DNA of 64,000 nucleotides from the human T2T-CHM13v2.0 reference genome, Homo sapiens (GCF_009914755.1 NC_060935.1), one strand, 5' to 3'. Positions 1-13,700 are shown, counted from the first letter of the stretch. Notes: generated by a model from the sequence alone, not told the origin. Program-made: numbers and translations.

Positions 1-65
1 AGGGCACACATACAGGTTTGTTATACAGGTAACTTGTATGTCTTGGGGGTTTGTTGTACAGATTA
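1..65 (-). mobile_element. L1 (L1PA/PB-type) 3' UTR fragment, cut by window edge
   Basis: 'acatacaggtttgttatacaggtaa...ggtttgttgtacagat' resembles the reverse complement of a primate L1 3' end. Confidence 0.55.
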
Positions 66-279
66 ACTCTTCATGAAATGGCATGTGAAATCACACAGCA
101 CATTTTAGGGTGAATATCAGTTTTTGAATTATTGTGCAAGAAACATGTCCAAGAAAGTGGCTTAATAAAATTAATTTGAGTCATGGTTCATACAGATTAT
201 GATAGGTGATGAAAGCTATAGAAGAGATAAATGAGGTCAAAATTAGTTTGATGAATAACCAAAATTAATTTTTATCACT

Positions 280-435
280 AGCAATAAACTATGATGCATC
301 CATACATTGGACTAATATACAGCTATTAAAATGAATGATGTGGATCTCTCTCTGATAACTCCCAAACAAGTATTCTAAGAAAGATTGAGTGAAAAAGATC
401 AAGTTGCAGAAAATATATACAGTGCATCTTCATAG
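280..435 (+). mobile_element. Old L1M 3'-region fragment
   Basis: 'catccatacattggactaatatacagctattaaaatgaatga...gagtgaaaaagatcaagttgcag' resembles the L1ME/MC 3' end. Confidence 0.45.
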
Positions 436-1029
436 TTATTTATCTGAAATTTTGAAATATATAGAGGTCTAAATTGTTTTCATAATGTATTTGGTGACAA
501 AAACTAACTAGCTTTGAATTCATTTGGCAGGAAATCTTGACCTAAATTGATATGAGGTGATGTGTAATCATTATTTTAATTACTTCAAGTATGCACATAA
601 TTTGCTAATGTAATATTGTATTGAATAACATGGTAGTCGCCCAGTCCTTGCTGGTATTTTATTGAGTTTGGAATTTCTTTTTCTTAGCTTTCTAAAACCT
701 GAAAAATTTGGCTCCAGAAATGTATTTGACCTCAAGAGTTTTAGATAAATATTTAGCAGTTAACAGTGAATATTTTCCATGATTTATAAGTAATGGAAGT
801 ATCGATTTTCATAGATAATATTTCTGTGATATCTGAGATGATAAGCCTGTATTAATTATGTAATAAGGTAAAATGTAACAAAAGTTTGAAAATAAATAGA
901 AAAAAGCTTCTGATACTATGTTAATTCTTAGGAAACACTCAGCATTGAACAGTAATATTAATCTTTTTTCTTTTTCCTCAAAGTATTGTTTTTCACAGAC
1001 TTTGATCATAGATAAAACATATTACTATA

Positions 1030-1250
1030 GTATTGGGTTTAACATCTCATGCTCTAGAACTGAATAGGTCTGGTTTGGAATGATTACTATTCCACCTACT
1101 AAATTTATGAAAAAGGAAAGTTATATTCGTAGAACTTTTAATTTTAAACTGGAGAAAGGAGAGAATGGATATACGTCCCTCATAAAATAATTGCAAGAAT
1201 GGCATAATCTAATGAGTACAGCTCAATTAGCCCAATGTCTGCCAGTTATT
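1030..1250 (+). mobile_element. MIR SINE (diverged)
   Basis: 'gctctagaactgaataggtctggtttggaa...ccacctact...ccctcataaaataattgcaagaat' follows the MIR layout. Confidence 0.45.
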
Positions 1251-2030
1251 AAAACCTATTGTGGATGTTAATTATAAACATCTTCATCACGTTTTTCTGA
1301 AGACATTCTTTCAAAACCAAAATTATTTTTGTCTGCCATCATCTCAAACAGCTGAGCCATATCTTCTCCTTTTGCATACTCCTGGGTCTCATCCCCCAAA
1401 GGATGTGTCTTTTGCAACGTTTGAGATGTGAGCAGGTAGGATGAATGAGAAGTGGAATCAAGTCTCAATTGATTTTGTCTCTGATTTTTTCGAACAGATC
1501 TCTTTATTGTCTTTGATTTTTTAAATCCTGATAGAAAATATTGGCTCTTTTTTTTTTCAACCATTCTGCTACTTGTTTTACTTCACCCCACCTTTCTTTT
1601 TTTTGCTTTAATCATACCTGATAGATAATGGTATTAATCTTTGACTAATGTGATCGATGGTAAGTAATCAATTCAGATTTTTAACACTATTATATTCTCT
1701 TAAAATAATTTCTATTAAACTTAGTGCAATATTTTAGCATACAAGTCTATAAATAAATGCCTTTTAACCAATAACACATTACCTAAAATTAAAGAAATAG
1801 TTTATGATGTTTTTGTAGTAAATCACCTAGTGTCCTGCCTTGTGAAAGACTATTATTCAGGTACATGTTTTGATTCTAAAATATGAATGAAAACCATCAC
1901 TGGGTATATGACAAAGCCAAAAGCCACGTTGATCTTTTTATTGTCATAGCGTTCTTCTTACTATATATGGAAGTTTACATAATTACAAAGGAATTTATAA
2001 AGCTAAAAATAACAGTGATTGAAGATATTT

Positions 2031-2173
2031 TCTTATTCTTTTTTTATTTCAATAGTTTTTGGAGTACAGGTGGTTTTTGGTTACACAGATGAGTTTTTTA
2101 GTGGTAAATTCTGAAATTTCAATGCACCCATCCCTGAGCAGTGTTGCACTATACTCAATATGTAGTCTTTTAT
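2031..2173 (-). mobile_element. Severely 5'-truncated L1PB-type insertion (~140 bp)
   Basis: T-rich tail, then 'caatagtttttggagtacaggtggtttttggttac...gcacccatccctgagcagt...tgtagtcttttat'; flanking TGAAGATA repeated at 2020-2027 and 2173-2180 (TSD). Confidence 0.8.
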
Positions 2174-5100
2174 GAAGATAATTTTAAAGCAGACAATGGG
2201 CAGAAATATGGTTTGAGCCTCCAATTCTGCTATCTTGAACTAGCCCCCACAACCCACTGTTGCTTTTACAACCTTTTAAAAAAGTACTCTGCCTAAATTA
2301 TCAACAAAGGACACTGAGATCGTTAGGTGTTTTATGTTCCAACCACCTTCTCATGTATCCAAGATGTTGGCCAAGATATTGTTACTCCATGTGAAATTAA
2401 TTTTTTAATCCAGAAGTCACATTTTTATCTACTTTAAAGATATCAAAAGAAGATTCCATGAAAACATTCCAGTTGTTCCCAGCTCCTAGCATCTGGAATG
2501 ACTTACTTGGTCACTTGTCCCAGTATCACTTGGTAGTTAGAATTTCATCTGATTTGTACTCTACTTAAATATTAACTTGTAAATTTTCAATTGCTTAACA
2601 CTGTGTATGTTCTAGAGCTATTTCAAATCCTTAATGATGAGCAGTAATATAGTATAGTAGAAATAACATGGAAATAGAACTCTAATTTTGCTTTAAGTCA
2701 TTATAAACTAACTTCTGTTCATAGGCAAGACAGTTTTAATTTTATTTCATAGTTTTTTGTACTTTTCTCTTGAAATTTGTAGTTAGCTATATCTGGACTG
2801 TTTTATCAATTTTACAGAATTTTCAAATGTGACTATACGTATGAAACACTTTAAAGTTTTATTTGCAATATGAGTATAATCAACAGACCTGCTTTGAAAC
2901 AGGGCTTCTTTAGAGTGATGAATACTTTTCAAAATTTTGTGGAAAATATGGACAATGTATGAGAAAAGTATACAACTAATTTCATAGGTTTGATGAGGAA
3001 TTTAGATTTTCTTAATATAATTTCAGTGCAAAACATGACCTATTATGCTAAATTGAAAATATATTAGAAAAGAAATAAATCCATAAGTGTGTCGTTCTTT
3101 TTACTACAATGCAATTCTAAAAAGGCAGAGAAGAGATTTTTTTTCCCTCGGTACTTTCCCATATTCTTTCTATTTCTGTGTGCTTCTCATTTTTAAATCA
3201 AGATTTTACATCTTATCTGTAGTCTTTAAGGCTATGCATAACTTCTCAGGATACCCTTCTGGTCCACTCATCTTTCCAAGAGTTGGTTGGCCATTCTCTA
3301 TAATGACTTCTGTTCTCTCTTCTGTTACTCAACCCAGCATTAAATATTTATTTAACATCCACATTCTTCTCTCTCTTTGTAGATGCTGCTGGTAAACCTA
3401 AGAAGATAATGACAGTCCTTGTCATTTTAGAATATGTATTATGTTGGAGGATGGACATTGAAAACAGTAATAAAACATATAACTAAATTTTTGTTAAGTT
3501 GGTGAGGGGAGACCTGAGCTGGGGGAGGGGAGGGCACCTGGTTGGAGTTACCAGAAGGAGGCCACTGGGGGTTAGTCCATGGTGAAAATGGAGTGGCGAA
3601 AATAAAATTAGAAAGATAGATAGATGAAACTCTTTGTTAAGAAATTTGGAATTTGAGTGCAATGAGAAGTGAATTGTATTTTAAAGAAGAATGAAGTGAG
3701 AGAAAATCTCAAGTCAGTTTTTCTTTGGGATTCTAGTGTTTGGAGAGATTATGTAGTGGAGTTTGGTAGGTAATGTGCAATTAAATTTTGTGAAGAATAA
3801 AAGAGTATCTATTAAAGATTCATTTTAAGCAAAGCCAAATGTCTGAGCTTCCTGTGTGTCAAGCTCTACCTACATAATGAGGTCAACATCTATATCACCT
3901 ACCCCATTATTGAGTAAGCCAGTGAGTTGAAGGAAACTTAAAGAGAGATATTAACAGGAAAGGTTAAAATGACTCTGGAGTGAGCTTAAAAGGCAAGGAT
4001 GTGAACTCAAATTTACCATGAGCAATATGGGTTTCTTCCCCTCTTTGCCATTAGATACTGTTACAGTTATTGAATATTCTGTATTTCTTTACCTTTAGGT
4101 AAGATCATACAGTGATAAATTACATTTTTTTAAAAATCTTAGAACATTTGTAAGATGTATATGATTTTGTTATTAGCCTTATTTATTGATATAGGAAAAT
4201 TTAGAATGACAATAATAATAGCAGTGAGAATAACAATAGTAATAATAATAATTACTAATACTTACTTAAATTTTACTCTGCTCCAGTGTTCAAGACTTAG
4301 TGCATTCTGTGACAAGATGACAAACTAGTATAAGAAGAAAAACAATAAAAGCAACAACTCTACATAAAAGAAACGTATCCCAAACTGTGATAAAGTTGTT
4401 GTTACAGATAATTAAGTTATCACTTATTAACATGAGATGTATGTGTATGTGGGTGCATGGGCATTGGGATGACACGTATTAAAAAGATCATTCGGTCTGT
4501 TTAATTTCTAAAGTAAATAAGACAGGCTTTTTCCTATATGAAAGTTTGTCAAAAGAGCATATTTGTAAACTAGTTTTAACTCATCACTTTATTTACATCT
4601 ATGATAATTTTGGAAGTTATACATATACATGTATATAATGTATATATGCATATAATTTATAATATACATTATATTATATATATGTACATTACATTATATA
4701 TATGTATATTATATATACATATATTATACATATGTATATTATATATACATATATTATACATACATATATGTGTATATAATTTATATATATAAAATATATA
4801 CATTCTGGAAGTTATATGTATATAATACAAAATTTATATTATATATAACATACACTATATATAATAACATATATTGTATATGTTATGTATAACTTATATA
4901 TGTCATATGTCAAAAATATATAACATATGTATAACTTCCAGAATTATGTATAATATATAATATAATTATATATTAGATATGATATATATTTTCTATATAA
5001 TATGTAATTATATTATATAGAAAATATATATAATTATATATTGTGTATTATGTATAAATATATATAATATAATATAAAATATATTCTATATAATATAAAA

Positions 5101-5184
5101 ATTATATAATATAAAATATATTATATATAATATATAAATTATATAATATACAATATAATTATATATAGTAATTTTATAAAAATT

Positions 5185-5790
5185 ATATATTATATATAAT
5201 TACACATTATATATAATATAATTTTATATTATATATAATTACACATTATATATAATATAATTTTATATTATATATAATTACACATTATACATAATATAAT
5301 TTTTATTATATATAATTACACATTATATATAATATAATTTTATATTATATATAATTACACATTATATATAATATAATTTTATATTATATATAATTACACA
5401 TTATATATAATATAATTTTATATTATATGTAATTACACATTATATATAATATAATTATATATTATATATAATTACACATTATATATAATATAATTTTATA
5501 TTATATGTAATTACACATTATATATAATATAATTATATATTATATATAATTACACATTATATATAATATAATTTTATATTATATGTAATTACACATTATA
5601 TATAATATAATTTTATATTATATGTAATTACACATTATATATAATATAATTATATAATATATAATTACACATTATATATAATATAATTTTATATTATATG
5701 TAATTACACATTATATATAATATAATTATATATTATATATAATTACACATTATATATAATATAATTTTATATTATATAATATAATTTTAT
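5185..5790. repeat. 39-bp minisatellite ATTACACATTATATATAATATAATTTTATATTATATATA, ~15 copies
   Basis: ACAC marker at 5202, 5241, 5280, 5318, 5357, 5396, 5435, 5474, 5513, 5552, 5591, 5630, 5667, 5706, 5745. Confidence 0.95.
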
Positions 5791-7029
5791 ATTATATATA
5801 ATTATATATAATATAATTTTATTATATATAATTACACATTATATATAATAAAATTTTATTTATAATTTTATTTATAATTTTATATTATATATAATTATAT
5901 ATAATATAATATAATTTTATATTATATATAATTATATATAATATAAAATTATATTATACTATATATAATTATATATAATATAAAATTATAATATTATATA
6001 TAATATAAAATTATATTATATATAATTATATATAATATAATTTTATATTATATATAATTATATATAATATAATTTTATATTATATATAATTATATATAAT
6101 ATAATTTTATAATTTTATATTATATATAATTATATATAATATAAAATTATATTATATTATATATAATTATATGTAATATAATTTTATATTATGTATAATT
6201 ATATATAATATAATTTTATATTATATATAATTATGTATAATATAATTTTATATTATACATAATTATATATAATATAATTTTATATTATATATAATTATAT
6301 ATAATAATTTTGTATTATATATAATTATATATAATATAATTTTATATTATATATAATTATATATAATATAATTTTATATTATATATAATTATATATAATT
6401 ACTCATTATATATAATATAATTTTATATTATATATAATTATATATAAAATATAATTATATATAAATATATAATTTATATAATTTTTATGTAAATATATAA
6501 ATTTATATAAATATGTATTTATATATAATTATATAAATATATATAAAGGTATAAAAATATATAATTATATATAATTATACATGTAATATATAATTATATA
6601 TAATTATACATGTAATATATAATTATATATAATTATACATGTAATATATAATTATATATAATTATACATGTAATGTATAATTATATTATATATTATATGT
6701 ATAATTATATATAACTATATTATATATGTATATTTATATATAATTATATTATATATAATTATACTATATAGAATATGATTATATTATATATAATTATATT
6801 ATTTATAATTATACATATAATATAATTATATATTATATGTATAATTATATATAATTATGTATTATATGTATAATTATATATAATTATACATTATATATTA
6901 TATACAATTATATATAGTTATACATTATCTATAATATAATTATATATAATTATACATTATCTATAATATAATTATATATATAATCATGTATTATATATAA
7001 TTATATGTAAATATATATTATATAATATA

Positions 7030-7740
7030 ATTATATATTTTATATAATATGTATATTATATAATTATATATTTTATATAATATGTATATTATATAATGTA
7101 ATTATGTATTTTATATAATATGTATCTTATATAACATAATTATGTATTTTATATAATATGTATCTTATATAATTATGTATTTTATATAATATGTATCTTA
7201 TATAATATAATTATGTATTTTATATAATATGTATCTTATATAATATAATTATGTATTTTATATAATATGTATCTTATATAAGATAATTGTGTATTTTATA
7301 TAATATGTATCTTATATAAGATAATTATGTATTTTATATAATATGTATCTTATATAAGATAATTATGTATTTTATATAATATGTATCTTATATAAGATAA
7401 TTATGTATTTTATATAATATGTATCTTATATAAGATAATTATGTATTTTATATAATATGTATCTTATATAAGATAATTATGTATTTTATATAATATGTAT
7501 CTTATATAAGATAATTATGTATTTTATATAATATGTATCTTATATAGATAATTATGTATTTTATATAATATGTATCTTATATAAGATAATTATGTATTTT
7601 ATATAATATGTATCTTATATAAGATAATTATGTATTTTATATAATATGTATCTTATATAAGATAATTATATATTTATATAATATGTATAATATAATATAA
7701 TTATATATTTTATATAATATGTATAATATAATATAATTAT
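7030..7740. repeat. 38-bp minisatellite ATCTTATATAAGATAATTATGTATTTTATATAATATGT
   Basis: ATCT marker at 7271, 7309, 7347 and onward; ~11 copies of the AAGAT variant plus flanking variants. Confidence 0.95.
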
Positions 7741-9158
7741 ATATTTTATATATAAGAAATAAATATATATTATATAAAATATAAATATATATTTTGGAAG
7801 TTATACACACAGAACATATAATATATATTATATAATACGTTATATAACATATATTATATATATTTATCTATAATATAGTATATATAATATATATGATACA
7901 TAAAGTAATATAGATATTTTCTTTGAGCCACATAGTTTTGATCATTTTTTATGTTAACCCATGATTTTAAGCGGGACATGGCTATTAAATGTGTACTATA
8001 TGTTTATGTGATACCAGAAAAATTATAGGCTGATTGGTGATAATTTAATTTCATTTTAATTAAAACAACATTATATGATAAAATTATGATAAGTCTCTTA
8101 TTGAACAAATACCGGTGTAAATACTAATATGTTGGCACCAAAATCCAAAATAGAACAGTTTTCTAGGAGACATATTGAGACATTTGTTTTCACATTTGAG
8201 GAGAAAAGAAAGAATATTATAAAGGGTTTGATTTAAGCAACCCTTCAAGGAGATATTTAGAAAGAAGCACATAAATTGTTTACCAACTAATTAGATTTAT
8301 ATTAAGGTCATAATAAAATCATTTGAAGATGGAACTACAACATTTCAACAATAGACTCAAATTCCTAAAACAATTTTTGAAGTAGAAAAAACCTCTAAAT
8401 TTTCAGTAAAATTTTTGAATTTGAATATATAAAAGTTTATTTAATGGTGATTCTCAATTGCAAAACCATTGTGTACTGGCTTCATCAAAGGCTTTTGATA
8501 CATTAAAAAACAAACAAGGAAAAGATAAGGGAAATAGACTGATTTTCTTTGGCTCTGTTATAATTATGTCACAGGGAAACTCTATGTGAAAAAAAAAAGC
8601 TGTAATGTCATTTCGATATTCAGCCAGATTTGAGAAACAATGCTCAGTGTTATTGATCAACATGTTCCAAGGAACCTCAGGCCTCAGAGATATTCTTTGT
8701 TAAAATTGTTGTCTGGAAAAATACATTTTTAAAATAGTTCGAACTATAGTTCACCGATTTCCAATGCTCAATGGCATATTCTGAATAGATCTATATTAAA
8801 AATCCATTTAACTTTATTTAACCCACATTTTTATTTTATGCTAATGTAGTCTAAATACATTAAGAAATAATTACAATTTAAAGACATCAGATTTATATCA
8901 GCATAAAACTAAATTTTTAGAATATTTATGCACCTATTTCTCTTGATTTACATGTGAGAACTTTGTTGTACTTAGTGCAAGTAGTTTTCATGCTACTTAT
9001 AAAATTTTAAGTATCCCCTATAAATTTTGCTTATATTAATCTATCATCTAAGTAAGTTTATGTAAGATGGACTAACCAAATTTCTGGGGCCTAGTGTTCT
9101 TCTTGAAGTGTTCACAGGCATAGTCATGACCAAGGTAGTATAGGGAGCTTATTGCTTT

Positions 9159-9656
9159 TGTTGAAGAAAAATTACATTATATGGAGTTGGATGGGCCAGG
9201 AAGACTTTATTCAAGATTATTGCAAGAGGGGAGAGATCTAGAACTCAACTCCATTAAAACAAGACGTAAGAGTTTTTAAGCACTGAGATGCGCTAGTGGA
9301 AAAGTATTGAAGGACATTAGTAAGGAGCTTCATCAATGTGATTAGGCCATTTGTTTTTGCTATTGGCTGTTATTGAAGTTAGGCTCCTGCTCTCCCACGG
9401 AGACTGGGAGATAGGGACACAATCTTTCTTGATAATTGCATGTCAAAGGGATGGCTCCCGGAATCTTGAGAATGACATTTCTGGATTGTAAAACTAACAA
9501 GAGGGTAGAAGAAGGAAGAGGCAGGGAAACAATTTACTACTATAGATTTTATAAGTAAATACTGCAAGAAAAGAGAGTTCCAGGACCTATAGTCAGGAAC
9601 AATCTTGTCTAAAGTTTAGTCAAGCTGAGGGAAATGTGAAGGTTGCTTTGGTAACA
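9159..9656 (-). mobile_element. Solo ERV1-class LTR, MER67-like
   Basis: TG...CA termini, ~500 bp; reverse complement starts 'tgttaccaaagcaaccttcacatttccctcagcttgactaaactttagac', which resembles MER67/MER31-group LTRs. Confidence 0.6.
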
Positions 9657-10762
9657 TTCTATTGCACAGAGTGAGACCAGCTGTGCCTGAAGTATGGGGA
9701 GATTTAAGTCCTCATAGTTAACTTGGAACTTCACTGCAGACTGCATTATGCAGAGTGAAGAAGAACATTACATGTCAGCCATTTATTAACAACTACATCT
9801 TCATCTCATGCTCTGTATACATGGAATGTAGAAAACTGTTGGCCCATTCCCATGCCTATATGAATTATTATTGTCGGTTAATGAACAAAAAATTCGTTAA
9901 AAAGGCATGCAAAATTTTATGCCAGAATATACTAAATAACTTCCCTTCTCCTGCCCTGTTGTAATTTCCAAAAGAAATAAGAGTAAGAATTAGTCACTAA
10001 CCATCATTCACCAAGATGACTTTCCCAGTCCTCTGAGTTATTTGGAAAAGAAAATAATCAGTATAGTTTGAAAATCACTTGAAGAAAGAACAACAATTGA
10101 AAGAATTTGTCTGTTTTTATGGAACCATAAATTGAAATTCAATTTGGGGATTTACCTAAAGCAAGTTACTAATCCATTAAACAATTATTCAGCTTGAATC
10201 CCCAATGCATAAAAAAACTTGACTTAATATTTTTCTATAGAATCATATGAATAATAGAATACACATGTATTAAACTCTTTAATTAAAATTAAAATGAATC
10301 TTTTACATTTTCTTAAAAAAACATTAAAATTTTAACTTTAAAAAATGAGCTTTGAGGAATCATCTGAGAGAAGGAATAATCTTTCAAATGCATTTGGTTT
10401 TCCATGTCATCATTGTAAATAGATCTATGGATACTAGAGGTCTAAGTAAGGTTGATTTTCTTTAAACAATGTGGGCCTCACAAAGGAAGACATCCTGTAA
10501 AAGTTTGCCAATTTATTTTCTACAAGGACATTTCCTGCACTTATCTTGGTAAAATAAGAATGTTTATTTAGCCTAAAGGCATTTCATATCTATCTAATGC
10601 TCCAATCCACTGGGGCTATTTGGTATGTCCTTTAGTTCACTTGGAAAATCTGCCATTTTAATTATTTACAGATTTCCCAAGGGTGCATATATTGATATAT
10701 ACAATGGTATACATGCTAGGCATGTGAAATCCAGTTTTTTTTTTTTTACAAAAGAAAGTATT

Positions 10763-13700
10763 AGAAGTGGTGGAGTAAGATGGTCAAATAGAACCCTCCA
10801 GCAAACATCACCCAATGCAGGAAAACCAAATTGAACAACTATCCATACAAGAATGGACCTTCATAAACACCACTCTCCTCCTCAGCATATGGAACATTCT
10901 CAAAGGTAGAAGATATGTTAGGCAACAAAACAAGTAAAAAATTATTTAAAAATTGAAATCATATTAAGTATTTTCTCTGATCACAGTGGAATAAAACTTG
11001 AAATCAGTAACAAGAGGAACTTTTAATACTACACAAATACATATAAATTAAACTATATGCTTCCAAATAACCAGCAAGTCAGTGATTAAATTAAAAAATA
11101 AATGAATGAAATAAATGAAAAGGGAAACACAACATTTCAAAACCTATAGGATACAGCAAAAGCAGTACTAAGAAGATAATTTATAGCGGTTAGTGTTGGG
11201 GTAATCAGACCCAGCACCAGGTCGTAGGGGTGAGGAAGTCTGGTGGAGTCAAAGGATTGAGAAAAAGACAGTTTGAGAACTAAAGTGGGACCAGGGGGCC
11301 ATAGCGATTGTGGAGGCTGGGAAGGCCCTGAGCTCTGGGAGCCCACACTCTTTATTGGTAATCCAACAAAGAAACAGGTAGTGAGAATGTGGGGATCAAA
11401 AGGGCAGACACATGATCTACAGCTGTGACAGTTTAGCATTTGTATGGAACATCTTCTGCTACTTGAGATAGTGGGAATATAATCTATCTAGGAGCCTAGG
11501 AGGGCTAGAAACAAGGAGCCAGCAAGTCTAGACACATTCCAGAGGACATTATGTCAGACATGCAAGCACTGCCTCAGCTTTCTTCCCAACACTCAGCTTT
11601 TTCCCAACAGTAAATGCCTGTACAAAAAAGCAGAAAACTTCAAATAAATAACCTAACAATGCATCTTAAAGAACTAAAGAAGCAAGTGCAAACAAAACTC
11701 AAAATTAGTAGAAGAAAATAAATAATGAAGATTAGAGCAGAAATAAATAAAATTGAGCCCAAAAATAATACAAAAATATCAATGAAACAAAACATGGGTT
11801 TTATGAAAGGTACAACTGACAAATCTTCAGCCAGATTAACTAAGAAAAAAAGAGAGAAGACTCAAAGAAAATCAAAGATGAAAATAGAGACATTACAACT
11901 CATACCACAGAAATTCAAAGGGTCATTAGAGACTACTATGAGTAAGTACCTGCCAATAAATTGGAAAACCTAGAAGAAATTGATAAATTCCTAGACACAT
12001 AGAATCTTCTGAAATTAAACCAGAAAGAAATCTAAAACCTGAGTAGATCAATATCAAGTTATGAGATCAAATTCATAATAAAATATCTCCAAGTAAAGAA
12101 AAGCCCAGGACACAATGGCTTCACTGCTGAATTTAACCCAACATGTAGAGAAGAACTAGTACCAATTCTACTCAAACTATTCTGAAAAGAAGAGGAGGAA
12201 GAAAGATTTCGAAACTCATTCTTCAATGCCAGTATCACCCTGATATCAAAAGCAGACAAAGGCACATTTAAAAAAGAAAATTAAGGGCCAATGTCTCCGA
12301 TGAACATGGATGCAAAAATTCTCAACAAAATATTAGCAAACCAAATTCACCAACACATTAAAATGATCTTTTATCATGAGCAAGTGAGATTTATTCCAGG
12401 GATGCTAGGATGGTTCAACATACACAAATCAGCCAATGTGATATATCATATTAACAGAAGGAAAGATAATTGGTATGATAATTTCGATTGATGCTGAAAA
12501 AGCATTTGATAACATTTAACATTTATTAATGATAAAAACCCTAAAAAAACTGGACATGGAAATAACATACCTGTATAAAATAAAAGCAATATATGACAGA
12601 CCCACAGCTACTATAATACTGAACAAAGAAAACCTGAAAATCTTTCCTTTAAGATATACAACACAACAAGGATGCCATTTTAATCACTGTTATTCAACAC
12701 AGTACTGGATGTTCAACTAGAGCAAGCAGAAAATATATGTAAATAAAGGGCATCCAAATTGGAAAAGAAGAAATAAAATTCCCTTTGTATGCAGATGATA
12801 TAACGCTATATTTGGAAAAACCTAAAAATTCCACTAAAAAACTATTAGAATTGATTTAAAAATTCAGTAAATTTGAAGGCTACAAAATCAACATACAAAA
12901 CTATATGCCAGCCATGAACAATCTGAAAAAGAAATCAAAATGTAATCCCATTTACAGTAGCCACAAATAAATTTAAGTACTGAGGAATTAATTTAACCAA
13001 AGAAGAGAAAGATCTCTATATTGAAAACTATAACATGTTGATGAAAGAAATTGAAAAAAAAATTGAAAAATATTTATGTTAATTAATTGGAAGAATCAAT
13101 ATTGTTAAAATATCCATGCTGTCTAAAGCAATCTACAGATTTAATGCAATCCCTGTCAAAATACCAATGACAATCTTCACAGAAATAGAAAAAGTAAAAC
13201 CTAAAATTTACATGAAACCACAAAAGACCCAAGATAGCCAAAGCTATCCTAAGCAAGAAGAACAAAGTTGGGGGACTCACATTAGCTGACTTCAAATTAT
13301 ACTTCAGAGCTGTAATAACCCAACAGCATGACACTGGCATAAAAACAGACACATAAACCAATGGAACAGAATAGAGAACTCAAGAGATTAAGCCATACAT
13401 CTTCAGTGAGCTCATTTTCAATGAAAGTGCCAAAAATATATATTGGGGAAAGAATAATCTCTTTGATAAATTGTGCTGGTAAAACTGGATACACAGAAGA
13501 ATGAAACAAGACTTCTATCTCTTGCCCTATGCAAAAATCAAATAAACATGAATAAAACACTTAAATATAATACTTCAGCCTATCAAAGTACTAAAAGAAA
13601 ACATTGAAAATCTCTCCAAAACAAACATTTCTTGAGTAATACCCAATAAGCACAGGTAACTAAAGTAAAAATGGACAAATGAGATCATATCAAGTTAAAA

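Larger units (their letters stand above)
4607..7915. repeat. ~3.3-kb AT-rich compound minisatellite / low-complexity array
   Basis: Almost pure A/T, with successive blocks of 39-, 32-, 29- and 38-bp periodicity. Confidence 0.97.

Noticed and set aside
5185-7740. Regular 32-39-bp periodicity with palindromic units, superficially like a CRISPR array
   Set aside because: Units are head-to-tail with no unique spacers, there are no cas genes, and the context is primate DNA. It is a minisatellite.
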